This document shows, in pieces, positions 31,008 through 40,126 of a stretch of DNA of 64,000 nt; positions within the stretch are counted from its first letter, which is position 1; each line of letters begins with the position of its first letter. The stretch spans positions 128,001 to 192,000 of the forward strand of contig JAVJQW010000067.1 of assembly GCA_040218735.1 (NCBI GenBank). Reading direction: 5' to 3'. Source of the DNA: Deltaproteobacteria bacterium. Lineage in GTDB: Bacteria > Myxococcota > Kuafuiibacteriia > Kuafuiibacteriales > Kuafuiibacteriaceae. The translations under genes were made by a program, and so were the position numbers. The notes beneath the pieces are model-generated. The model ran no database searches and had not been told where the DNA came from. It saw nothing but the letters and a program-made list of their open reading frames with translations.

Positions 31008-31525
31008 AGATGCGATGGATGATGCTCGCGGTGATGGCGCTGTCGGTGTCGGCGTGCGGCGGCGGCGACGGTGGTGCGTGCGGCGGTGAGAAGGTCGGCG
31101 GCAACTCCCTCGATGGCAGCTACTGCGAGGGGCTCGACATGTTGTTCACCGGCGTGCGGCTCAAGGTGCAGGAGTCCGGCGACAGCAAGTTCGTGACGAT
31201 CGACTACCTCTACGCGGACGAGGCGACGACGACACCGCTCAAGACCCTCACGATCCTGTTCGACGCCGGCGCGGTCATGGTCGAGGAGAACAAACAGATC
31301 CCGATCCTCCAGGCGAGCGGCGTCGTGCGGCGCATCGATCGCGACATGACGATCAACCTCACGGACCAGCTCGAGAGCGACAGCCAGGTGACCTTCTCGG
31401 ACTACTCTGGCGACGTCGGCAGCGACACCGCCGGCTCGTTCGGCCTCCTCTTCAAGAACGGCCGCACGCTCCTCGGCACCTTCGAGGGGCCCCTCGTCGA
31501 CGCGCGCGACACGGTCGACGGCTGA
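31004..31525 (+). CDS. Hypothetical lipoprotein
   Basis: Lipobox VSAC; ATGA overlap with the upstream gene. Confidence 0.75.
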   Translation: MKMRWMMLAVMALSVSACGGGDGGACGGEKVGGNSLDGSYCEGLDMLFTGVRLKVQESGDSKFVTIDYLYADEATTTPLKTLTILFDAGAVMVEENKQIPILQASGVVRRIDRDMTINLTDQLESDSQVTFSDYSGDVGSDTAGSFGLLFKNGRTLLGTFEGPLVDARDTVDG

Positions 31526-31530
31526 GCCCC

Positions 31531-31552
31531 GAGCCGCGGACCGGTTTTTTTT
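31531..31552 (+). terminator. Possible weak intrinsic terminator ending the glt-like operon
   Basis: GAGCCG-CGGAC-CGG followed by a run of 8 T just after the stop at 31525; the stem is short and depends on G-U pairs. Confidence 0.35.
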
Positions 31553-31589
31553 CCGATATGCTCCCGGAGCACGCCCGTTCTGGGCGTGC

Positions 31590-32147
31590 GTGGAGACTGG
31601 CGCCATCAGCCCGGCCGAAGACACCTCCGTGGCCCCTCTGGCGCCGGACTGGGACGCGATCGTCGAGCGACACCAACACACGGTGCTCCTGTCGGTCCTC
31701 GCGCTGGGCCTGAGAATAGAGCGCGCGAAGGACGTCACGAACCAGGCCTTCGCCCGACTCTACGAACAGCACCGTGCGGGGAAGCTCGACCGGCTCTCCT
31801 TCCCCGGCCTGGCGATACGGCAGGCCCGCTTCCTCGCGCTCGACGCGCTCGAGAAGGACAAGGTCGCGGCCCGCGCGCAGCGGGCGCTCGCTTTGACGGT
31901 GGTCGACGAGGATCACGCCCCGAACCCGGAGCGGCGCCTCCTCGCCAAGCAGCAGCTCGCGATCGCGGTCGAGGCGCTGACGTACTGCTCGCCCGCGTCA
32001 CAGCGTGTGTTCCGCGCCGTGTACGAGGACCCGGGCGTGCCGCACGCGGTCGTCGCGGAGCAGCTCGGGCTGTCCGTTCAGCGCGTGAGGCAGATCTTGT
32101 GTGAAGTGCGACGTCGCGTCCGGGACGCGCTGGAGGAGGCGAAATGA
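31590..32147 (+). CDS. ECF-type RNA polymerase sigma-70 factor
   Basis: 185 aa; region 2 (DWDAIVERH...AKDVTNQAFARL) and region 4 HTH (VAEQLGLSVQRVRQIL); ATGA-coupled to a zinc-anti-sigma-domain gene. Confidence 0.85.
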   Translation: METGAISPAEDTSVAPLAPDWDAIVERHQHTVLLSVLALGLRIERAKDVTNQAFARLYEQHRAGKLDRLSFPGLAIRQARFLALDALEKDKVAARAQRALALTVVDEDHAPNPERRLLAKQQLAIAVEALTYCSPASQRVFRAVYEDPGVPHAVVAEQLGLSVQRVRQILCEVRRRVRDALEEAK

Positions 32148-33994
32148 GCGCCGACACCCACCACCCGTCCAACGGACACCCCTCGGACGAGCACCCTTCC
32201 AACGAGCAGATCGCGCTGTTCGTGATGCGCGCGTTCGATCAGGTCACGTTCGATGACATCGAGTCGCACCTCGACGGCTGCGACGCGTGCGCCGATCGAC
32301 TCGCCGCCGAGGCGCAGCTCGAGCTCGAGATGCAGGCCCTCGCGAGCACGACGCAGTGGTGCCCGCGGTGCGGCGTGGCCTCCGTCGCGACGTGCCTCAG
32401 GTGTGGCATCGCCCTGAAGCCGGGAGGCTACGAGGTCGAGGCCGTCCTCAGCGAGTACGGCCAGGGCCGCACCTACCGCGGACGCGCCCCCGACGGTTCG
32501 CGCGTTCGCATCAGCGAGCTCGAGTTCTCCCACGTGCGCGACCACGGCGTCATCGAGTCGTTCGTGAAGGACGCGACCCTCCTCGCGCAGCTGGACCACC
32601 CGAACATCCCGAAGCTCGTCGACAGCTTCCAGGAGGGCGACGACGAGCACCTCCGACTGTACGCCGTGGAGGCGTGGGTCGAGGGTGAGCCGCTCGACGA
32701 GGTGCTCGACAACCACCGCTTCGACGAAACCGAGGCTCGCCACATCGCCGAGCAGGTCCTCGACGTCCTCGTCTACCTGCAGGGCCTGTCGCCGGCGATC
32801 TTCCACCGGGACGTCCGCCCCCAGAACCTGCTGTTCGCGGAGGGCGGCACGGTGTACCTGCGCCAGTTCGCGAACGCGCGCGACATGAGCGTCACCGGCG
32901 CGTTCACCCTCGCGGGCCACACCGGTTACATCCCCGCGGAGCAACACCTCGGCGTGGTCGACGCGACGAGTGACCTCTACGGCCTCGGCGCCACCCTCGC
33001 GCACGTCCTCACACGGCGCGCGCCGCTCCCCGGCGATCCGGGGCTGGAGCGCGCGAACGTCTCCCCCGAGCTCGAGGCCTGGCTGAAGCGCCTCATGGCG
33101 ATGCGGCCCGAGGCGCGCTTCCCGTCGGCGGTCGCGGCGCGCGACGCCTTGTTCGAGCCTGCACCCCCGAAGCGACGACGCGTCACCGCGTTGTCCGTGG
33201 CCACGGCGATGATCCTCGCCGCCGCCGCCGCGTTGGCGGTCGCCGGCGTGACCTTCCTGACGTCCCCCACCGTTCCGCCTCCACCGCCGAAGCCGGCGGT
33301 GCCGAAGACCGGCGTGTTGCACTTGGAGTCGAACCCGAGCGGCGCGCGGATCTTCGTGGACGGCGTCCCGATGGGGACCACCACGACGCCCGCCGACCTC
33401 TCCGAGCTCACGTTCGGGCGCACCTACGCCATCCGTCTCGAGCTCGACGGGCACGCGCCGTACACCACCGCCAAGACGATGGACGAATCCCTGGACGGGG
33501 ACATCGTGCACCACACCTTCGTCGCGCTCGCCCCGCCCGAGGACACGCGCACGCCGCCGCGTCCCACCAAGACCCGTTCACGCCCGAAGCGCCCCCCGCC
33601 TCCCGCGGCGCCCGCACCGCCGGCGACGAACAGTCCGCCCGGCACCACGGGCGAGCCGCCGGTCGACGAGGTCGAAGCGCTGCGGTCCCGTCCGTTCGGC
33701 GACTACTCCGATCGTCCGTCGACGAAGCCCCCCATCCGCGACATCCCGGACGGACCGCCGGGGTGTCAGGTCGACCGGGACCGACCGCCGGGTTACGTCA
33801 CGCTCGCGACCAAGCCCTACGCGGAGGTCTTCTGGGGCAAGCGGCGCCTCGGACAGACGCCGCTCGCGCGCGTCCAGCTCCCGTCGGGCTGCATCGAGCT
33901 TCGCGCGATTGCGATCGACGGTTCGAAGCGACGCACGGTGCGCGTCGAAGTTCGACCGAGTGAAGTCGCGATCTATCGCTTCGCTCTCGAGTGA
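32144..33994 (+). CDS. zf-HC2 anti-sigma domain / zinc ribbon / degenerate Ser-Thr kinase / TM / PEGA fusion protein
   Basis: HLDGCDAC (HxxxCxxC); CPRC..CLRC; kinase fold LAQLDHPNIP, FHRDVRPQN, GYIPAEQ, SDLYGLGATL; TM; PEGA SNPSGARIFVDG. Confidence 0.85.
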   Translation: MSADTHHPSNGHPSDEHPSNEQIALFVMRAFDQVTFDDIESHLDGCDACADRLAAEAQLELEMQALASTTQWCPRCGVASVATCLRCGIALKPGGYEVEAVLSEYGQGRTYRGRAPDGSRVRISELEFSHVRDHGVIESFVKDATLLAQLDHPNIPKLVDSFQEGDDEHLRLYAVEAWVEGEPLDEVLDNHRFDETEARHIAEQVLDVLVYLQGLSPAIFHRDVRPQNLLFAEGGTVYLRQFANARDMSVTGAFTLAGHTGYIPAEQHLGVVDATSDLYGLGATLAHVLTRRAPLPGDPGLERANVSPELEAWLKRLMAMRPEARFPSAVAARDALFEPAPPKRRRVTALSVATAMILAAAAALAVAGVTFLTSPTVPPPPPKPAVPKTGVLHLESNPSGARIFVDGVPMGTTTTPADLSELTFGRTYAIRLELDGHAPYTTAKTMDESLDGDIVHHTFVALAPPEDTRTPPRPTKTRSRPKRPPPPAAPAPPATNSPPGTTGEPPVDEVEALRSRPFGDYSDRPSTKPPIRDIPDGPPGCQVDRDRPPGYVTLATKPYAEVFWGKRRLGQTPLARVQLPSGCIELRAIAIDGSKRRTVRVEVRPSEVAIYRFALE

Positions 33995-33997
33995 AGC

Positions 33998-34471
33998 TCA
34001 GCGCGCGGCCGCGTCGACCTCGACGGTGATCGCGTACTCGGCGATCGCGTCGGAGAAGACTTCGATCAGGTGGTCCCCCTCGAGGAAGACCTGCTTCGAC
34101 TGCTCGAAGACCTGATCGTTCCCCGCCGCGAGGAAGATGTCCGATCCCTCCGACAGGTACTGGTAGGTGTCGAAGCACCCGGGCTCGTGCCAGAGGATCT
34201 CGGTGTCGACGCCGGTCGCAACCTGGGTTGCAAAGAAGATCCGCACCGTGATGACGGCCTCCTCCGGCGCCGGCACGATGAACTGACGTGACCCGGGGAA
34301 GCGGCCCTCCAGGTACTTGTTGCTCCCCATGACACACCCGGCGGTGGTCTGGCAGATCGGGAAGGTGCCGTCGCAGCGGTCCTCGTCCAGACCGAGCGTG
34401 AAGTTGTCCTCGGCGCCGAGACCACACCCCGCGAGGAGCGACAACAGCACGACGGATGGGGCTCGCTTCAT
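33998..34471 (-). CDS. Hypothetical lipoprotein
   Basis: ATG 34471 (ATGA overlap); MKRAPSVVLLSLLAGC lipobox. Confidence 0.75.
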   Translation of the reverse strand: MKRAPSVVLLSLLAGCGLGAEDNFTLGLDEDRCDGTFPICQTTAGCVMGSNKYLEGRFPGSRQFIVPAPEEAVITVRIFFATQVATGVDTEILWHEPGCFDTYQYLSEGSDIFLAAGNDQVFEQSKQVFLEGDHLIEVFSDAIAEYAITVEVDAAAR

Positions 34472-35364
34472 TCGAACACTCCGTTCGCCAGATCCGTGGA
34501 CCACTCGGAGGCCGTACGCAAGACCGCGCGGGTCATCCCGTCGACCTCCTGGCCGACGGAGCGCACGCGGCTCAGCAGGAAGCCGTACTTCTCGGTGTTC
34601 GACGACAGCAGGAATGTCGTGGCCGCCGCCGGGACGTCGAAGCAGCCGTCGTCGACCACCTGGCAGATGACCTGGCCGCCGGACTCCACGCCGCCCATCG
34701 TCTGCTCGGGGTTGATGCGAATGACGATCGCGTCGCCGTTACCGGCGTTCCAGCGCACGCGCATCCCGGCGCGGTCGACCGTCCCCGTCCCGTCGGAGAC
34801 GGGTGATTCCACGACCACCGGCGCCGCGGGCGCGATCGACGCCGCAAAGCCCGGGAGCGCGCCGCTGGAGCTCACGGTCGCGGACACCTCGGTCGCGCCG
34901 GCGAGGAGCCCCGCGCCGACGTCGAGGTACAGCCCGGGCGTCGCGACGGCGTTGACTTCGATGTCGCCGCGCGCGGTGCCACCGACCACCAGGCGGTCGA
35001 TCGTCACGCCGGTCGGCGTCGCGTTCGTCGGTCGCGACACGATGCCGATGCATCGCTCGCCCAGCTCGAGCGCCTGGGCGGGGGTGCTAGTCCCCACCCC
35101 TTGCAGATCCGAGAACGATCCGGTGATTCGCCCGACGGTCGCTTCGGTGCGCGCGCCGGCGCTGTCCTCCGCGAACGTTCGGGTGTCGACCACGCTGATC
35201 GATGCCGTGAAGCGCGCGCCGGCCGTCGTGGGGCCGTCTTCCGGGGCTTCGAGCTCCATGCAAACGGGGTCGTCGGGGTCGGTCGGATCCTCCCCCGAAC
35301 ACGCGAACAGGAGCAGCCCCGTCAGCCCGAGCACGTGGACGCCACACCTACCCTTTATTCTCAC
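34468..35364 (-). CDS. Hypothetical lipoprotein
   Basis: Lipobox LFAC; C-terminal VRW..G.GD....CQVVDDGCFDVP motif. The exact start is uncertain. Confidence 0.7.
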   Translation of the reverse strand: MRIKGRCGVHVLGLTGLLLFACSGEDPTDPDDPVCMELEAPEDGPTTAGARFTASISVVDTRTFAEDSAGARTEATVGRITGSFSDLQGVGTSTPAQALELGERCIGIVSRPTNATPTGVTIDRLVVGGTARGDIEVNAVATPGLYLDVGAGLLAGATEVSATVSSSGALPGFAASIAPAAPVVVESPVSDGTGTVDRAGMRVRWNAGNGDAIVIRINPEQTMGGVESGGQVICQVVDDGCFDVPAAATTFLLSSNTEKYGFLLSRVRSVGQEVDGMTRAVLRTASEWSTDLANGVFE

Positions 35365-35387
35365 AGCGCTGATGATAGCCTTCGCCC

Positions 35388-36038
35388 GTGGGCATCAAAA
35401 GAGCCTGGGTCGTGGGGGTGGTCGCGCTGTCGTTCTGCAGCTGCCGATCCGCCCCTAGCCTACGCGTCGACGCGGACGTCCTCGACAAGATCACCATCGA
35501 GAACAAGCTCCTGCTGTTCGACGCGGAGAACGAGCTCAACATCGCGATCGATTCACGCGACCAGGTCGTGGACGAGATCGCGCAGATCAAAGACGACATC
35601 CGACGCGCCAGGAAGAAGCAGCAGGTCGCGGAGCGCGACTCCGAGGTCTTCGCGGACAAGGGAGACAACGAACGCGCCAAGTTTGCGGCGCTGCGGGCCG
35701 TCACCGAGGACTCGCGCATCGAGTACCTGGAGGCCTACCTCGCCTGGTCGCGCGAGCGCTTGGTGAAGGAGCGCGCGCGCCTGATCGTCGCCAAGGCCCA
35801 GTTCGAGCTCGCGAAGGCGCGCCTCGTGAAGAAGAACAACGTACCGGGTGCGTCGGACATCGAGCTCGCGGACTTCGAGGCCCAGGTCGAGGAGTACAAG
35901 GAAGACGTGAACGACACGGACGAGGACATCGCGGTCGCCGAGGCCGAGATGGCCACCAAGGAGGAGGCGTGGGTCGCCAAGTCGGAGCAGCTGGCGGCGG
36001 CGACCGGTGGCGCCCTCGGATCGCGATGGCTCGACTGA
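35388..36038 (+). CDS. Coiled-coil lipoprotein
   Basis: Lipobox FCSC; long heptad-rich helical region. Confidence 0.75.
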   Translation: MGIKRAWVVGVVALSFCSCRSAPSLRVDADVLDKITIENKLLLFDAENELNIAIDSRDQVVDEIAQIKDDIRRARKKQQVAERDSEVFADKGDNERAKFAALRAVTEDSRIEYLEAYLAWSRERLVKERARLIVAKAQFELAKARLVKKNNVPGASDIELADFEAQVEEYKEDVNDTDEDIAVAEAEMATKEEAWVAKSEQLAAATGGALGSRWLD

Positions 36039-38047
36039 CCGAGATTCGCGCGTTCCTCGCGGCCGTCACGCTCGGGGGGGCCCTGCTCGCCTTCGGCGCG
36101 CCGGTGTCGGCGCAGGAGCCGGACGACGCGCCGGACACCACCCTCGCGATCGACACGGAGAGCCACAAGGAGCAGTACGACCAGGCGGCGCTCAAAGAGG
36201 AGCGCACCAAGCTCAACGCGAAGCTGACCGAGACGCCGGACGATCCGGCGGCGAAGAAGCGGCTCGCGGCGGTGCTGTTCCACCTCGGGGAGACGGACCA
36301 GGCGCTGTCGATGCTCGCGCGGATCGTGTCGTCGAACCCGAAGGACGCCGACTCGCTCTACATGCTCGGCGCGGCGTACGAGCTGCGCGGCGAGCTGGAC
36401 CGCGCGATCTCCACGTACGAGTCCGCGGCCGAGCTCGCGCCCGACAACGCGCTGCTGATGCTCGACCTCGGCCTCGCGTACCGCAAACGCGGCGACCTCG
36501 ACCTCGCGGTCGAGCAGTACACGAAGGCCCACGCACAAGCGCCGGACCTCGCCGTGGCGCTCTTCAACCGCGGCGAAGCCTACGAGCGCCTCGACCGCCG
36601 CGAGGACGCGCTGCGGGACTACCGGGAGGCCGCGAAGATTGACGAGACCTACGCGCGTCCCCACGTCGCGCTCGGGAAGATCTACGCGGACCTCGGGCTC
36701 ATGGACCAGGCGATGCGGAGCCTCGCGCACGCGCTGCGGATCGATCCGCTCGAGCCGGACGCCCACTACGACCTCGGCGTGTTGTACTTCCGCCAGCGTC
36801 GTTACCGCGACGCGGTCGTGGAGTACGAGCTCGCGATCGAGGCCCGCCCGAAGTACGCGAAGGCGCATAACAACCTGGGCGTCGCGTTGGACCGCATCGG
36901 TGAGCGCGAGCGCGCGATCGACGCGTTCAAGCGCGCGACCGAGCTGCGACCGAAGTACGTCGACGCCGCGTTCAACCTCGGGCTCGGTTACTTCCGGCTC
37001 GGTCGCCTCAAGGAGGCGGGCGAGCAGTTCGAGCGCGTGCTCAAGATGAAGCCGGACCTCCCCGAGGCGCAGTTCCACCTCGGCGAGGTCTACTACCAGC
37101 GCGGCCGCTCCCGGAAGGCGCTGCAGCTGTACAAGAAGGCGCTCTACACCCGCCCGCAAGATGGGTTGACGTACCGGCGCATGGCGCGCGCGTACCTCGA
37201 TCAGGGCGAGCCGAAGAAGGCGATCGAGTACCTGGAGAAGCTCGTCGAGCTGACGCCGGACGACGCCACCGCACACGAGCAGCTCGGCCTGGCCTACGCC
37301 GTCCTCGACACCCGCGACGACCTCGCGCGCGCCGCCGAGGAGCTGGAGCAAGCGCGCACCCTGGATCCGGAGTCGGCGCAGATCCTCGTGAGCCTCGCGA
37401 AGGTGCAGTACCAGCAGAAGAAGGGGGATCAGGCGGAGGCGACGTTGAAGGCGGCACTCGAGCTCGACCCCGGGCACCGCACCGCGACGTTGGCGCTCGC
37501 CGACATCTACGAGGCGCTCAAGGACGACGCCAACGCGAAGAAGATCCTCGAACAGGCGCTGGAGCGACGCCCCACGTTCGCGGAGGCCCACTACCGCATC
37601 GCGCTCATCGCGCGCCGCGCGGGCAACACCGAGGAGGAGCGCGCGCACTACAAGAAGGCGCTCGTGCTCAACCCCGCGCACGCGAAGGCGCGCGCGGAGC
37701 TCGGTGCTTCGTACTACGAGGCGAAGGAGTACGAGGAAGCGGGCCAGATGCTTGCGCGTGCGATCGAGAGCGACCCGTCGTTGCCGCGCGCGCACGCGTA
37801 CCTCGCGGCCGCGTACGCCGCACTGGGCCGCGACGCGGACGCGCTCGAGTCGGCGCGGCGCGCGGTGCAGCTCGACGCGAAGAACGCGGGTGCGTTCAAG
37901 GTGCTCGGCGGCATCGAGAAGCGGCTCGGCAACCTCCCTGAAGCGAAGTCGGCCTACGAGAAGGCGTTGGCGCTCGACCCCAAGAACAGCGACTTGGCGT
38001 TCAAGATCAGTGACATCGAGAAGCTGATCGCCGAGAAGTCGCCCTGA
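36026..38047 (+). CDS. Exported multi-TPR protein
   Basis: ATG 36026 with signal peptide; more than 15 consecutive TPR-like units (A..NLG.A......EA...F.RA..L.P). Confidence 0.9.
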   Translation: MARLTEIRAFLAAVTLGGALLAFGAPVSAQEPDDAPDTTLAIDTESHKEQYDQAALKEERTKLNAKLTETPDDPAAKKRLAAVLFHLGETDQALSMLARIVSSNPKDADSLYMLGAAYELRGELDRAISTYESAAELAPDNALLMLDLGLAYRKRGDLDLAVEQYTKAHAQAPDLAVALFNRGEAYERLDRREDALRDYREAAKIDETYARPHVALGKIYADLGLMDQAMRSLAHALRIDPLEPDAHYDLGVLYFRQRRYRDAVVEYELAIEARPKYAKAHNNLGVALDRIGERERAIDAFKRATELRPKYVDAAFNLGLGYFRLGRLKEAGEQFERVLKMKPDLPEAQFHLGEVYYQRGRSRKALQLYKKALYTRPQDGLTYRRMARAYLDQGEPKKAIEYLEKLVELTPDDATAHEQLGLAYAVLDTRDDLARAAEELEQARTLDPESAQILVSLAKVQYQQKKGDQAEATLKAALELDPGHRTATLALADIYEALKDDANAKKILEQALERRPTFAEAHYRIALIARRAGNTEEERAHYKKALVLNPAHAKARAELGASYYEAKEYEEAGQMLARAIESDPSLPRAHAYLAAAYAALGRDADALESARRAVQLDAKNAGAFKVLGGIEKRLGNLPEAKSAYEKALALDPKNSDLAFKISDIEKLIAEKSP

Positions 38048-38060
38048 CCTCTCCCCCGAG

Positions 38061-38993
38061 ATGATGCGTCGGCAGTTGTTCTTCTTGGCGGTGTGGGCGA
38101 CGGCCTGCGACCCCGGTGGCTTCAAGGTCACGCCGAGCGGCTCCGACTTCACGCTGCGCTCCGTGTACGTCAGCTCCGACGCATCCGCGCTGATCGCCGG
38201 TCAGTTCGGTGCGGTGTTCGACTGGGACGGTGAGACGTTCGTGGACACGTCGACCGACGCGGACCCCGGGCCGCGCGTCCCGAGCTTCTTCGCCGCGGCG
38301 CGCGTAACGGGGCGGAGCTTCATCGCCGGCGACGACGGGACGATGCTGGTCCGCGTCGGCGCGGGTGAGTTCGTCCTCGATGACTTCGACGGCAACAGCC
38401 GCGTGCTGACGATGCTCGCCCCGACGCCGAGTGTCCTCTACGCCGGGAGCGAGAATGGCCGCCTGTACCGTCGCGTCGCCGCCGACGGTGAGCGCTGGGG
38501 GCGCGTCGATCTCCCCGTCCCGGGCGGCACGAAGATCACCGGGGGTTGGGCGATCCGCGAAGACGACATGGTGCTCACGACCGACGCAGGGCTCGTGTTG
38601 GACCGCGTCGACGGAGACTGGGTCGCGCAGACGGTCGCGACCGAGACGTCCACGACCCCCCTCCCCCTGTTTGGCGTGTGGTCCTCGACGGTCGGCGCCG
38701 ATCTGTTTGCGGTGGGGCTCGGGGGCGCGATCTACCGGCGCTCGCCGCCGGACTTCGAGTGGGTCTCCGAAGTGTCGCCGACGACGCAGGACCTCTACGG
38801 GATCTACGGTCTCGCGGCCGACGAGATCTTCGCCGTCGGTGCAAACGGAACGCTGCTGGAATACGACGGCGCGTCCTGGCGCGCGATACCGTCCGGCACG
38901 TCCGAGGATCTCTACGCAGTTCACGCGCATGCGGGATCGCGGTGGGTCGTGGCGGTGGGCTCGAGCGGCATCGTCGTCAGTCGGCGGGATTAG
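38061..38993 (+). CDS. Beta-propeller (WD40/YVTN/BNR-like repeat) lipoprotein
   Basis: Lipobox ATAC; repeats DLYGIYG...DEIFAVGANGTLLEYDGASW. Confidence 0.8.
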   Translation: MMRRQLFFLAVWATACDPGGFKVTPSGSDFTLRSVYVSSDASALIAGQFGAVFDWDGETFVDTSTDADPGPRVPSFFAAARVTGRSFIAGDDGTMLVRVGAGEFVLDDFDGNSRVLTMLAPTPSVLYAGSENGRLYRRVAADGERWGRVDLPVPGGTKITGGWAIREDDMVLTTDAGLVLDRVDGDWVAQTVATETSTTPLPLFGVWSSTVGADLFAVGLGGAIYRRSPPDFEWVSEVSPTTQDLYGIYGLAADEIFAVGANGTLLEYDGASWRAIPSGTSEDLYAVHAHAGSRWVVAVGSSGIVVSRRD

Positions 38994-39026
38994 ACACGAC
39001 CCCGAGGGCCGGCGTATGCAGTCGGC

Positions 39027-39722
39027 ATGAAACGCCTGCTCCCCCTGGCGCTCTGCAGCGCCGCACTGTTCACGGCGGACGTCAGCTCTGCCCAACCCGA
39101 GGTCCCGTCCAAGGCCGACCGCGCAAAGGTCAAGGGCAAGATGAAGGGCTTCGAGGCGGAGCTGAGGAAGGCCGAGCGTCAGGTCCTCGAAGAGGACATG
39201 AAGGCGCAAAAGCGCGCGCGTGCCGAGGACGCCAAGAACGCCGCCAAGAAACCCAAGACGGACAAGATGCTGAAGAAGGCCAAGGCCGAGATGTCGAAGG
39301 GGATGGCAAAAGGAAAGGCGAAGGCGCGTGCCGACAACGCCGGTCCCAAGACGGACGAAGAGCGGGAGGCGCGCCGTGCGCAGATCCTCGCGACGGCGAA
39401 GGCACGGAAGGGCACGCGTGACGCGCGCAAGAAGGAGCTGAGGCAGCGCGGCAAGGCGCGCCTCGCCGGCGTAAAGGGCGACGCCAAGGCGAAGGCGGCC
39501 CAGGAGCTGCGTCACCACGCACGCCGCGTCGCGCGGCTGGAGCGCATCGCCGTGCTCGCCGCCGAGGCGAAGGACGAGAAGGCCGCGGATCGCGTGGTCG
39601 CACTGATGACCAAGGAGAACCAACGCCACCAGGCGAAGATGGCGCGTCTCACCGAGGCGCCCGCTGCGGCGGACGCGACGGAAGAAGCCGACGAGGCCAC
39701 CGAAGAGGAGACGAAGGAATGA
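39027..39722 (+). CDS. Exported Lys/Ala/Arg-rich helical protein
   Basis: Signal peptide; ELRHHARRVARLERI..LA...KDEK...RV..L..KE..RH motif. Confidence 0.75.
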   Translation: MKRLLPLALCSAALFTADVSSAQPEVPSKADRAKVKGKMKGFEAELRKAERQVLEEDMKAQKRARAEDAKNAAKKPKTDKMLKKAKAEMSKGMAKGKAKARADNAGPKTDEEREARRAQILATAKARKGTRDARKKELRQRGKARLAGVKGDAKAKAAQELRHHARRVARLERIAVLAAEAKDEKAADRVVALMTKENQRHQAKMARLTEAPAAADATEEADEATEEETKE

Positions 39723-39970
39723 ACCGCTGGATCGTCATGGGCCTGATGGCCGCGGGCCTGCTCGCGTGTGAATCGAAGCCGAAGGAGGCGCCCGCGCCGA
39801 AGGCCGCCGAGGCCGCCGCACCGGTGATGGAGAAGAAGGCCGCCGACGCGCCCGAGGTGGAGGTCGCGACGTCCGTCGACTTCGAGGCCGAGGCGGAGCA
39901 GGAGATCACCGCGGACAACTACACCGCGCAGCTCGACGCGATCGCGGCGGAGATCGAGAGCGAGAACTGA
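39719..39970 (+). CDS. Small acidic lipoprotein
   Basis: Lipobox LLAC; ATGA overlap; DFEAEAEQEITADN. Confidence 0.75.
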   Translation: MNRWIVMGLMAAGLLACESKPKEAPAPKAAEAAAPVMEKKAADAPEVEVATSVDFEAEAEQEITADNYTAQLDAIAAEIESEN

Positions 39971-40126
39971 GGTGCCGCGAGCGTGGGTCCAGCGCCTCAC
40001 GACGACGAAGTCGCGTAGCGCGCGTGTGATCCGTTGATGCTCGTCTCTGCAACGTAGCCTGCGGCGTCTGACTTTGTTGGCCGGGCGCCCTACCGGCGCG
40101 CCCGCGGTCCGTCTACCGTTTCGTCG

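Noticed and set aside
39971-40126. Possible ncRNA or att site at the left edge of the CIS-associated block
   Set aside because: No tRNA, convincing stem-loop or direct repeat matching the other side of the block was found by eye.
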